This document shows positions 9,973 through 19,411 of a DNA stretch of 32,000 nt, one piece after another. The first letter of the stretch is position 1, and each line of letters opens with the position of its first letter. Under the pieces are notes generated by a model. The model was not told where the DNA came from and searched no databases. It saw nothing but the letters and a program-made list of their open reading frames with translations. Where the stretch lies: assembly GCA_964536865.1 (NCBI GenBank), contig CAZHYN010000007.1, forward strand, positions 27,603-59,602, written 5' to 3'. A program made the position numbers and the translations under genes. The stretch is from an uncultured Planctomycetia bacterium. GTDB taxonomy: Bacteria; Omnitrophota; Gorgyraeia; Duberdicusellales; 4484-171.

Positions 9973-11133
9973 TTACTTCCCCATTCCTACCCTTTGAACT
10001 ACCTGAAAAATTTTTCCTTCAGTTTGAATAGAAGGAGCAATAATAATCTCTACGAAATGCATCTCTTTTATATTTCTTGCTCCCAGAGCTCCCATAGATG
10101 TTGCCAAGGCTCCTACTAAATTTTGCGAGCCGTCGTCTACCACTGCTGGACCAAAAAGAATCTGCTCTAGACTCCCAGAAATTCCTACTTCAATCCTCGT
10201 TCCTCGAGGAAGATTAGCGTGGCTGGTAGCCATCCCCCAATGAAACCCTCTACCTGGAGCTTCTTTTGCTCTAGCAAAAGCAGAGCCAATCATTACTGCA
10301 TCTGCCCCACAAGCAAAAGCTTTACAAACGTCACCTCCTGTACGCATTCCTCCATCCGTAATAATAGGAATATACTTTCCTGTCTTTTGAAAGTAAAAAT
10401 CTCTAGCAGCAGCACAATCAATAGTAGCGGTGACTTGAGGAACTCCTATCCCTAATACCCCTCGAGTAGTACAAGCAGCTCCTGGACCTACCCCTACCAG
10501 AATTGCAGAAACTCCTGTCTCTAAAAGCTCTAAAGTAACTTCATAGGTAACACAGTTTCCCACAATTATAGGGATTTTTCTTTCTTTACAGAACTTAAAC
10601 AAATCCAGAGGCTTATACTTGGTAGAAATATGTTTAGTAGTAGTAACTGTAGACTGGACTACGAAGCAATCTGCTCCTGCCTCCTCAGCAATAGGAGCAA
10701 ACCTTTGAGCATTTTGAGGAATACAACTTGCCGCAGCATACCCTCCTTTAGACTTTATTTGACGAATTCGTTCAGAAATAAGTCTTTCTTTAATAGGGGT
10801 AGTATATACTTTCTGAATTAAATTGGTCGCCTCTTTTTGTGTAGCGTTAGCAATCTGAGATAACACCTCATCAGGATCTTCATAACGAGTTTGTATACCA
10901 TCCAAATTAAGTACCGCGATTCCTCCTAACCGTGACATCTCTATCGCAAAGTTAACATCTACTACCCCATCCATAGCTGCTGCCAATATAGGAACCTGAA
11001 ACTTTTTTTGAGCAAATTCCCACGATGTATCCACTTCCTCTGGATTGATGGTGACTTTCCCTGGTACCAAAGCAATTTCATCAAAACCATAACATCGTCT
11101 TGCTCTTCTTCCTATACCAATCCACTCTGCCAT
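9973..11133 (-). CDS. IMP dehydrogenase-family protein without CBS subdomain (GuaB3-type IMPDH-related protein)
   Basis: 386 aa. N-terminus [22 protein letters not shown]-barrel motifs [21 protein letters not shown] and [27 protein letters not shown]. There is no CBS pair, so it is about 100 aa shorter than canonical GuaB. Confidence 0.8.
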   Translation of the reverse strand: MAEWIGIGRRARRCYGFDEIALVPGKVTINPEEVDTSWEFAQKKFQVPILAAAMDGVVDVNFAIEMSRLGGIAVLNLDGIQTRYEDPDEVLSQIANATQKEATNLIQKVYTTPIKERLISERIRQIKSKGGYAAASCIPQNAQRFAPIAEEAGADCFVVQSTVTTTKHISTKYKPLDLFKFCKERKIPIIVGNCVTYEVTLELLETGVSAILVGVGPGAACTTRGVLGIGVPQVTATIDCAAARDFYFQKTGKYIPIITDGGMRTGGDVCKAFACGADAVMIGSAFARAKEAPGRGFHWGMATSHANLPRGTRIEVGISGSLEQILFGPAVVDDGSQNLVGALATSMGALGARNIKEMHFVEIIIAPSIQTEGKIFQVVQRVGMGK

Positions 11134-11162
11134 AACTTCCCCCTTCTACTCAAATTTAATTA

Positions 11163-12122
11163 CTAACTTATCCAAGATAAAATCTTTCTCTCATTAAACT
11201 CCTCATCTAAGAAGTTTTCAATATCCTGAGGAGTATAAACCTTAGCAAAGAAATAGCCCCCTCCTTCTTTTATAATTTTTGTCGCTAAGGCTCTTGCCTC
11301 CTGATAGACATTAACACTATTGAAAATGAAAAAATGTTCTTTTTCTGTATTCTTCCTTGCTACATCCCCTAAAAGTATTACTTGGGGAGGTAACTCTCCC
11401 TCTTTAAGAGAGGTTTCTAATATTTTTAAATTGGGTAGAAGATGGGTATCAACAATTACTACATTGGAAGAAAAAACCTTGGGAAGAGAAACCTTCGTAG
11501 CTTTAACCACTGAGTTGCCAATAACTTCGACAATTTCCACGTTCTCATAAACATCTATATTTCTTCTTCTTAAAATGGAAATTATTTCTTCTTTCTTTTT
11601 ACCCAAAAAATCTAATGAACTACTTATCAGTTTTATTTCCTTGTTTAAAAAGGAAAGAGAGAATGCCAATCTCACTCCTAAGATAGTAGAAGCAAAAATA
11701 ACAAAATCTGAAGCTATCTTTAGATAACTACGGAAAGAGAGAGGATTTATTTCTGATAAATAAAAGAAACCTTGACGATGTTCTCCTTTTATGGATAAGT
11801 CTTGATGAATCAAACCAGTACAGATGACCAATTTTTCAAATCCCACGGTACTTTTATCTTTAAAATATAAATTCTTCTTAGAGAAGTTTACCCTCTCTAC
11901 TTCTTTATTAATAAAATTTATTCCTAAATTAGAAAAGAAATCATTTAAGTTTATAACTTTTTCTTTCTCTTTACCAAAAAGAAGGGGGAGGAAATAATTC
12001 TTATCAAAGAAATAATTCTTTTTATCTATTACTGTAATATCTAAAGTTCTTTCTTCTTTCCTCAGTAACTCTGCTAAAGTCGTTCCTGCTCGTCCTGCTC
12101 CTAAAATACAGATGCTATTCAT
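11163..12122 (-). CDS. FAD-dependent pyridine-nucleotide-disulfide-oxidoreductase-family protein with degenerate second dinucleotide-binding motif
   Basis: N-terminal Rossmann motif ICILGAGRAGTTLAELL...VIDK, then EKLVICTG and the late GD motif ILLGDVA. The expected second GxGxxG is replaced by IFASTILGVRLA. I place the start at ATG 12122, which forms an ATGA overlap with the metF stop, rather than the track start at 12182, which would overlap metF by 64 nt. Confidence 0.6.
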   Translation of the reverse strand: MNSICILGAGRAGTTLAELLRKEERTLDITVIDKKNYFFDKNYFLPLLFGKEKEKVINLNDFFSNLGINFINKEVERVNFSKKNLYFKDKSTVGFEKLVICTGLIHQDLSIKGEHRQGFFYLSEINPLSFRSYLKIASDFVIFASTILGVRLAFSLSFLNKEIKLISSSLDFLGKKKEEIISILRRRNIDVYENVEIVEVIGNSVVKATKVSLPKVFSSNVVIVDTHLLPNLKILETSLKEGELPPQVILLGDVARKNTEKEHFFIFNSVNVYQEARALATKIIKEGGGYFFAKVYTPQDIENFLDEEFNERKILSWIS

Positions 12123-12973
12123 AGAAAGAGCTCTCTTGCAAGGGAGTACCATCCTAAAGGCATAATATGAATTCCCTGACAAATATCCTTTAAGTTTGCT
12201 ATTACTTCCTTAGCAATTCTTAACGCCTCTTCTCTTTTATCTTTTGCCCTCTTTATCCTTTCTAGGTATAAAGGAGAAATATCCATTCCTTCTACATTTT
12301 CATTAAGATACTTGGCCATCTTATAAGATTTTAGAAAAATAACTCCAGCTATAACTTTGGCTTTTAATTTTTCTATCTTTTTCATAAAATCATAGAATCT
12401 CTCTAAATCGAATATAGGCTGGGTCTGAAAAAAAGATACTCCCAATTTTATTTTTTTCTCTGCACGTTTTAGCTCTCTATTCACGTTCTTAGCCATAGGG
12501 TTGAGAGCAGCTCCCATGTAAAATTGAGGTTTCCCTTTCAGAGGATTCCCTGATAGATCATAGCCAGAATTCAGTTGAGAAGCAATTTTTATAAGACCTA
12601 AAGAATCAACTTCAAAAACTTCTTTGGCTTTAGGATGGTCTCCACAGATAGGTCTGTCTCCTGTAAGAAGAAGAAGATTCTCTACCCCTAAAACATAGCT
12701 TCCTAAGAGATCTCCTTGCAAAGCTAAACAGTTTCTGTCACGAGTAGTAAGCTGCAAGATAGGCTCTAAATTATTAAGTTTGAGTTTAACTGCTAACGCC
12801 CAGCTACTCAGGCGCATATTTGCTGATTGCATATCAGTGACATTGAAAGCATCTATATACTTTTTAAGGGGCAAAACCTCCTTTAATGTACTTTCGATGT
12901 CTACTCCTTTAGGAGGTTCTACCTCTAAAGTAAAAACAAATTTATTCTTCTCTAACTTCTCTCGAAACTTCAT
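12119..12973 (-). CDS. metF: 5,10-methylenetetrahydrofolate reductase (MetF family)
   Basis: 284 aa. FTLEVEPPKG, LTTRDRN and LLLTGD are motifs typical of short clostridial/acetogen-type MetF. Lies within a folate gene cluster. Confidence 0.85.
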   Translation of the reverse strand: MKFREKLEKNKFVFTLEVEPPKGVDIESTLKEVLPLKKYIDAFNVTDMQSANMRLSSWALAVKLKLNNLEPILQLTTRDRNCLALQGDLLGSYVLGVENLLLLTGDRPICGDHPKAKEVFEVDSLGLIKIASQLNSGYDLSGNPLKGKPQFYMGAALNPMAKNVNRELKRAEKKIKLGVSFFQTQPIFDLERFYDFMKKIEKLKAKVIAGVIFLKSYKMAKYLNENVEGMDISPLYLERIKRAKDKREEALRIAKEVIANLKDICQGIHIMPLGWYSLARELFL

Positions 12974-13800
12974 TTCTCCGCTAATTTTAAAAGATTATCA
13001 AAAAGAAACAAGGGAGTAAAGCTACCCACTCCTCGAGGTACAGAAGTAATAAACGAAGCCTTCTTTTTTGCTTCTTCAAACTCTACATCTCCACACAACC
13101 TACCTTTCCAATAGGATATCCCTACATCAATAACTACTGCTCCCTTTTTAACCCAAGCACCTTTTATAAAGCGAGGTTTACCTACACAAGAAATGAGAAG
13201 ATCGGCACCTCGTATGTAGGAGACTAACCTCTTAGCTTGATAAGTGCCAATATGGGTAATAATTACAGTAGCAAATTTATCTGCCAAAATTATACTCAAT
13301 GGCTTGCCGATATGGGAAGAAAATCCTACTAGAGTTACATTCTTACCATAGAGAGAAATATTTGAAATCTTTATTACTTCTAGAATACTTCGTACTGTAG
13401 GAGGGAGGATTTTCTCTTTTTTTAGAAAAATCCTTCCTAGATTATAAGGGTTGAGTCCTTCCACATCTTTAGATGGCAAAATACTAGAGAATAATTTAAA
13501 CTCATCCCAATTCTTAGGGAGAGGTTTATGGATAATTATTCCTTTGGTAAGTCTATCTCTATTTAACTTATCTAACACTTCTAAAGCTAAAGAAAACTGA
13601 TTTCTTTTAAATTCAAACACTTTATAATCTATGCTAAGCTTTTGAGCAATTTTCTCTTGGGAACGAATGTAGATATCAGCAGAACCATCCTCGCTAATTT
13701 TGAAAGAAGCTAAAGAGATTTTACCTAAAGCCCTCCTTCTTTTCTTTAGTCTATTGAATATTTTTTCCAGGAATGGTTGAGAATTTAAAACTTTTCCCAT
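12970..13800 (-). CDS. folD: FolD-family methylene-THF dehydrogenase / methenyl-THF cyclohydrolase homologue (divergent)
   Basis: 276 aa. Recognisable FolD blocks are DIYIRSQEK, GIIIHKPLP, KDVEGLNPYNLGR, GFSSHIGKPL, ADLLISCVGKP, GAVVIDVGI and PRGVGSFT. Several normally invariant residues are substituted (see findings). Confidence 0.85.
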   Translation of the reverse strand: MGKVLNSQPFLEKIFNRLKKRRRALGKISLASFKISEDGSADIYIRSQEKIAQKLSIDYKVFEFKRNQFSLALEVLDKLNRDRLTKGIIIHKPLPKNWDEFKLFSSILPSKDVEGLNPYNLGRIFLKKEKILPPTVRSILEVIKISNISLYGKNVTLVGFSSHIGKPLSIILADKFATVIITHIGTYQAKRLVSYIRGADLLISCVGKPRFIKGAWVKKGAVVIDVGISYWKGRLCGDVEFEEAKKKASFITSVPRGVGSFTPLFLFDNLLKLAEK

Positions 13801-14315
13801 GCACTAACTTTTTTGAGCTTTTTACTTAAATTATTGATTATTTCTCTATTATCCACTTTAAACATTATCTGATTTGCATACAAATTTTTTATACAGGCAA
13901 ATGAAGCTAACTCCAACAGTCTTAAACCAATCTCTAAATCACCTTTAAGAGACGGCTTAACTCTATTCTCTACATTCTTTATCATAGAAACTAACGCTAC
14001 ACTTTTTTCCCCTATTTTTATAAGATTCCTTTGTGACTTACTTATAAGATATTTTTTCTTTTGTGTATTCCTTTCCTTAATTATTTGAGAGAAAATTTCT
14101 CCATCTAAATCTATGAGAGGAAGTAGCCTTTTTCTTTCCTTCTTTAAAGTTGAAAAAATCTCTTTAAATCTTCCTTTACTAAATTTTAGAACCATCTCTA
14201 CTAAGGAAGTTCCTATACAAAAACATAGAGCACCTACACTCCCTCCCCCTGGCTGAGGGGTAGGCTGAGATAAATCCTCTAAATATATTCTAAGCTTATC
14301 GCTGTATCTTTTCAT
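13785..14315 (-). CDS. fchA: Cyclodeaminase/cyclohydrolase-family protein (FtcD C-terminal domain type; methenyl-THF cyclohydrolase FchA-like)
   Basis: 176 aa all-helical protein with the family hallmark PTPQPGGGSVGALCFCIGTSLVEMV near the N-terminus. Overlaps the folD start by 16 nt. Confidence 0.75.
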   Translation of the reverse strand: MKRYSDKLRIYLEDLSQPTPQPGGGSVGALCFCIGTSLVEMVLKFSKGRFKEIFSTLKKERKRLLPLIDLDGEIFSQIIKERNTQKKKYLISKSQRNLIKIGEKSVALVSMIKNVENRVKPSLKGDLEIGLRLLELASFACIKNLYANQIMFKVDNREIINNLSKKLKKVSAWEKF

Positions 14316-14655
14316 TCTCTAAAAAAGCATTTTTTATAAGATGGTAACTACGCCAACCTTTCCCTTCCTCAATAGCAACCACATCAAAACGGTAGGCTCC
14401 CTGAGGGTATCTTTTGATGTATAGTTTACCTGCTAAAACTAACTTTCTTCTTTTTGACTCATCAACTGCCTCTTGAGGAGAAACCCAAAAATTCCTTCCT
14501 CGTGCTTTCACTTCTATTAAAGCAAATGTATGTTTATCTTTAGCCACGATGTCAATTTCTCCCCAACGAGTATTAAAATTTCTTTCCAAAATCCTGTAAC
14601 CTTTCAACCTTAGGAACTCTTCCGCTCTATCCTCATAGAAATTTTCTCTAACCAT
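14296..14655 (-). CDS. yraN: YraN-family (UPF0102) endonuclease-like protein
   Basis: 119 aa. EDRAEEFLRLKGYRILERNF...GEIDIVAKD...ALIEVKAR is the canonical YraN pattern. Follows rnhB, as in many genomes. Confidence 0.85.
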   Translation of the reverse strand: MVRENFYEDRAEEFLRLKGYRILERNFNTRWGEIDIVAKDKHTFALIEVKARGRNFWVSPQEAVDESKRRKLVLAGKLYIKRYPQGAYRFDVVAIEEGKGWRSYHLIKNAFLENEKIQR

Positions 14656-15226
14656 TTAAAAAACTTCTCCTGTGAAAAGGAGTAATTCCCCTCTCTTTTA
14701 ACAACTTCTTATGGAGTCTGGTAGGATATCCTTTGTGTTTAGCCAATCCCCAATGAGGATAAAGAAAGTCTAACACATCCATAAGGTAATCTCTAAAGAC
14801 CTTAGCAATGATGGAGGCTGAAGCAACTTCTCTTATCTTCTCATCGGCTTTTTCTATGCATATATAATTTACTTTTAAATTAGTTTTAAAAATGTTCCCA
14901 TCAATAACGAAGAGCGCCTCTTTTAAAAAAGGGGCGCTCTTAATTATCCCCTTTATTGCTCGATTAAATGCCAGCATAGTAGCTTCCAGAATATTAAGTC
15001 TATCTATCTGAGAAGGACTAACTACAGCTAGAGAAAAAATACCCCTCTTTATCAGAATATCAAACATTTCTTCTCTCTTAAGAGAATTAGTCTTCTTTGA
15101 ATCCTTAATCTCTAAGTTCTTATTAATCTTTTTCTTAAAATAGAAAGCACATGCTACAAGAGGTCCACATAAAGGGCCTCGACCAACTTCATCTACTCCT
15201 ACAACTAAATCTCTAAATATCTTCAT
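14648..15226 (-). CDS. rnhB: Ribonuclease HII
   Basis: VGVDEVGRGPLCGPLVACA active-site motif, then DSKK and ASIIAKV. 192 aa. Confidence 0.93.
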   Translation of the reverse strand: MKIFRDLVVGVDEVGRGPLCGPLVACAFYFKKKINKNLEIKDSKKTNSLKREEMFDILIKRGIFSLAVVSPSQIDRLNILEATMLAFNRAIKGIIKSAPFLKEALFVIDGNIFKTNLKVNYICIEKADEKIREVASASIIAKVFRDYLMDVLDFLYPHWGLAKHKGYPTRLHKKLLKERGITPFHRRSFLNG

Positions 15227-15229
15227 AAT

Positions 15230-15577
15230 CTAAGCAATCATAGCTTTGCGTCCTATTCTCTTTCTTAAATAATAAAGCTTTTTTCTGCGTGGTTGTCGAC
15301 GTGAAGAAGCAACAATTTCAATCTTTTCAATAAAAGGAGAATAATAAGGAAAACTAACTTCATAGGCTTCTCCATAAGAAATTCTCCTTATTGTAAAGGA
15401 CTTCCGGTGAAGTTGACCTTGAATTTTTATCACTACTCCTTCAATAGGATGAATTCTTTCTTTATCCTTCTCTTTAATCTTATACCAAACTCTTATGATA
15501 TCTCCTTGCTTAAAAGAAGGATAATCTCTTTTTACCTCCTGAAGGATTCTTTTTTCTACATCTAAGAGCCTTGACAT
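15230..15577 (-). CDS. rplS: 50S ribosomal protein L19
   Basis: 115 aa. FKQGDIIRV...RKSFTIRRISYGEAYEVSFPYYSPFIEKIEIV...KLYYLRKR is the typical L19 pattern. Confidence 0.97.
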   Translation of the reverse strand: MSRLLDVEKRILQEVKRDYPSFKQGDIIRVWYKIKEKDKERIHPIEGVVIKIQGQLHRKSFTIRRISYGEAYEVSFPYYSPFIEKIEIVASSRRQPRRKKLYYLRKRIGRKAMIA

Positions 15578-16320
15578 CTCTGCCTCCTTTTTAGCAAACT
15601 TTTCTTAGAATCTACTCTCTTCTTCCACAAATCAGGCCTTAAATTTTTAGTCAACTCTTCTGCTTTTTTCATTCGCCATTTCTCTATCCTACTATGGTCT
15701 CCAGAAAGTAATACTTTAGGAACCTTTAGACCTCTAAAATCTCGAGGTCGAGTATATACAGGATAATCCAAAAGGTAATCTTGAAAGCTTTCCCTTTTTA
15801 CTGAGGAAAAGTTAGAAACAACGCCGGGAAGAAGTCTCACCAAACAATCAATAAAAACCATACAAGGAAGCTCCCCTCCACTAAGTATATAATCTCCAAT
15901 AGAAACTTCGTCATCCACTAAATACCTTCTGACTCTTTCATCTACACCTTCATACCGAGGAGCTAAAAGGATTAAACGGTGATACCTTAAGAACTTTCTT
16001 ATTAATTCTTGGTTAAGGAGCCTACCTTTAGGAGTAAAAAGAATAATCCTTTTGGTGCTATCTTTCCTCTTTTTTTTAGGATATACCTTATATCTTAAAA
16101 CATCCTCTACTGCAGAAAAAAGAGGCTGACATTTAAACACCATTCCTGGACCACCACCATAAGGAGGACCGTCTACCTTACGATGAGGATCACCAGAATA
16201 ATCTCTTAAATTGATGAGATTAATCTCTACTAATCCCTTCTGTTGAGCCCTTTTAACTATGGATTCCTCTATAACTGGCTTAAACATTTGAGGAAAAATG
16301 GTAATAACATCGATTATCAT
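15562..16320 (-). CDS. trmD: tRNA (guanine37-N1)-methyltransferase
   Basis: MIIDVITIFPQMF, VDGPPYGGGPGMV, RYEGVDERV and SIGDYILSGGELP. 252 aa with a basic C-terminal tail overlapping the rplS start. Confidence 0.96.
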   Translation of the reverse strand: MIIDVITIFPQMFKPVIEESIVKRAQQKGLVEINLINLRDYSGDPHRKVDGPPYGGGPGMVFKCQPLFSAVEDVLRYKVYPKKKRKDSTKRIILFTPKGRLLNQELIRKFLRYHRLILLAPRYEGVDERVRRYLVDDEVSIGDYILSGGELPCMVFIDCLVRLLPGVVSNFSSVKRESFQDYLLDYPVYTRPRDFRGLKVPKVLLSGDHSRIEKWRMKKAEELTKNLRPDLWKKRVDSKKSLLKRRQRCQGS

Positions 16321-16331
16321 GGTATAACTAA

Positions 16332-17456
<1,125 letters not shown>

Positions 17457-17681
17457 TCACTTTCTGGAAATAAAATAGAGAATTAAACTTAAAACAATAC
17501 TTACAAGTATTGAGGTGGCGAGAGGAAAATAAAAAATGAAATTATCTTTCTTAATCAAAATATCACCAGGTAATCTTCCTAAGAAAGGAATCCTAAATTT
17601 AGAAAATACAATTACCCCTAAACCTAAAATGATTAAAAATAATCCTAATATAATTAGGAACTTCCCTAAAGTATTGATCAT
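17457..17681 (-). CDS. Small DUF2905-family membrane protein
   Basis: 74 aa with two or three hydrophobic helices and GRLPGDILIKKDNFIFYFPLATSILVS, which is characteristic of DUF2905. Confidence 0.7.
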   Translation of the reverse strand: MINTLGKFLIILGLFLIILGLGVIVFSKFRIPFLGRLPGDILIKKDNFIFYFPLATSILVSIVLSLILYFISRK

Positions 17682-17683
17682 AT

Positions 17684-18709
17684 CTAGAATAACTTTTCTT
17701 GGGTCTGTCTAGGGAAGGTAATATTTAAGTGCTTATAGGTAGCTAGAGTAACTTCTCTTCCTCTCGGTGTTCGTTTAATAAATCCTTTCTTTAAAAGATA
17801 CGGCTCAACAACCTCCTCTAATGTATCTTTATCTTCTCCTAAAGAAGCAGCAATAGCCTCTATTCCCACAGGTCCACCGTTGTGAATTTCAATTATTGAT
17901 TTTAAGTATTTTCTGTCTAATTCGTCCAAACCTTCCTCGTCGATTCTTGCTTTATGACAAGCATCTATAGTTATCTGAAGAGTAATTACACCCTCTCCCA
18001 AAACTTGAGCATAGTCTCTTACCCGCCTTAGGAGACGATTAGCTAACCGAGGAGAACCCCGAGAACGAGAAGCAATTTGAAAACTACTTTCATCATCTAT
18101 TTTTATCCCTAAAAGCTTAGCGCTTCGTTTTACTACTAACATTAGTTCTTGTGGAGTATAAAAATCAAAATCAAAGAAAAGGCCGAATCTTCCTCTCAGA
18201 GGAGCGCTTAAAAGACCCTTTCTAGTTGTAGCTCCAATGAGAGTAAATGGTTTTAAGTTAAATTTTATAGTTTTAGCATAAGGACCTTTATCTATAATAA
18301 AATCTATCTGAAAACTCTCCATAGCAGGGTATAGAAACTCTTCTATTACTCGGGAAAGACGATGAATCTCATCAATAAAAAGAATATCACCTCGCTCTAA
18401 GTTAGTAAGAATTCCTACCAAATCTCCTGCTCTTTCAATAGCAGGACCACTGGTGGAAACGAACTTCGTTCCCATCTCCTTAGCAATACACCAGGCAAGA
18501 GAGGTTTTGCCTAAACCCGGTGGTCCGGATAACAAAATATGTTCTAAAGATTCTTTCCTTTTCTTCGCTGCCTCAATAGCTATTTTTAGAGAAGAAATAA
18601 TGTTCTTCTGACCAATAAACTCACTTAAGTTAGTGGGTCTTAAGGAAAGGTTAACAATTCTTTCCTCATCGTTTTCTTTAAAGTAATCTACGAATCTTTC
18701 TTTTTTCAT
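17684..18709 (-). CDS. ruvB: Holliday junction branch-migration helicase RuvB
   Basis: LRPTNLSEFIGQ, Walker A GPPGLGKTSLA, FIDEIHRL, TLIGATTR and the winged-helix tail. 341 aa. Confidence 0.97.
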   Translation of the reverse strand: MKKERFVDYFKENDEERIVNLSLRPTNLSEFIGQKNIISSLKIAIEAAKKRKESLEHILLSGPPGLGKTSLAWCIAKEMGTKFVSTSGPAIERAGDLVGILTNLERGDILFIDEIHRLSRVIEEFLYPAMESFQIDFIIDKGPYAKTIKFNLKPFTLIGATTRKGLLSAPLRGRFGLFFDFDFYTPQELMLVVKRSAKLLGIKIDDESSFQIASRSRGSPRLANRLLRRVRDYAQVLGEGVITLQITIDACHKARIDEEGLDELDRKYLKSIIEIHNGGPVGIEAIAASLGEDKDTLEEVVEPYLLKKGFIKRTPRGREVTLATYKHLNITFPRQTQEKLF

Positions 18710-19410
18710 AGAGAAGAATAAATCTTATCTCTCCTTACAATGAGAATTTCTGAGAAAAGATCTTTCTGGATAGCTACAATCTCTTTTAAACGAATTAACT
18801 CTAGAATTGCTAAGAAAATTACAATTATCTCTAATTTGTTTTGCGCAGAAGAGAAGATCTCCTCTAAAGAAATTCTTTCCCTCTCTAATAAAAGGTGAAG
18901 AAGATCGTGCATTTTCTCCTCCACCGTAAATTCATCCCTTACTACTTCAAAAAATATATCTTTAGGAACCTCTTTTAACGCAGATTTGAAAGCACTTATA
19001 AGGTCAAATATGGAAGCCTCGATATAGAGTTCTCTCTCCTTACCAGGAGTAGAGCGGCTGATATACTTTAATCTTTCACCTTCTCTCTGCTTAAGATAAG
19101 CAGCTGCTTCTTTAAATTTTTGATACTCCAAAAGTTTTCTTATTAACTCTTCTTGAGGAGAAATCTCCTCAGGCTCCTCAGGAGTCTCTTGAGGTAAGAG
19201 GAGCTTTGACTTTATATTTATCAATGTAGCAGCCATCACCATATATTCAGAAGCAATATTGATATCTAAAATTTGCATAAGATTTATAAACTCTAAATAT
19301 TGCTCAACCACATTAGAAACACATACCTGACTGATATCTATGTGGTTCTTTTTAATGAGATAAAGAAGTAAATCCAAAGGACCTTCAAATATATCTAGCT
19401 TTACTCTCAT
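18706..19410 (-). CDS. scpA: Segregation and condensation protein A
   Basis: LDIFEGPLDLLLYLIKKNHIDISQVCVSNVVEQYLEFI is the typical ScpA N-terminus. 234 aa. 4-nt overlap with ruvB. Confidence 0.9.
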   Translation of the reverse strand: MRVKLDIFEGPLDLLLYLIKKNHIDISQVCVSNVVEQYLEFINLMQILDINIASEYMVMAATLINIKSKLLLPQETPEEPEEISPQEELIRKLLEYQKFKEAAAYLKQREGERLKYISRSTPGKERELYIEASIFDLISAFKSALKEVPKDIFFEVVRDEFTVEEKMHDLLHLLLERERISLEEIFSSAQNKLEIIVIFLAILELIRLKEIVAIQKDLFSEILIVRRDKIYSSL

Positions 19411-19411
19411 C

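Noticed and set aside
12123-12182. Longer N-terminal extension (MSGNSYYAFRMVLPCKRALS) of the flavoprotein ORF as given in the track.
   Set aside because: It would overlap the metF 3' end by 64 nt. The Rossmann motif begins right after the internal Met, and ATG 12122 forms a canonical ATGA stop/start overlap with metF. I therefore call the shorter ORF.
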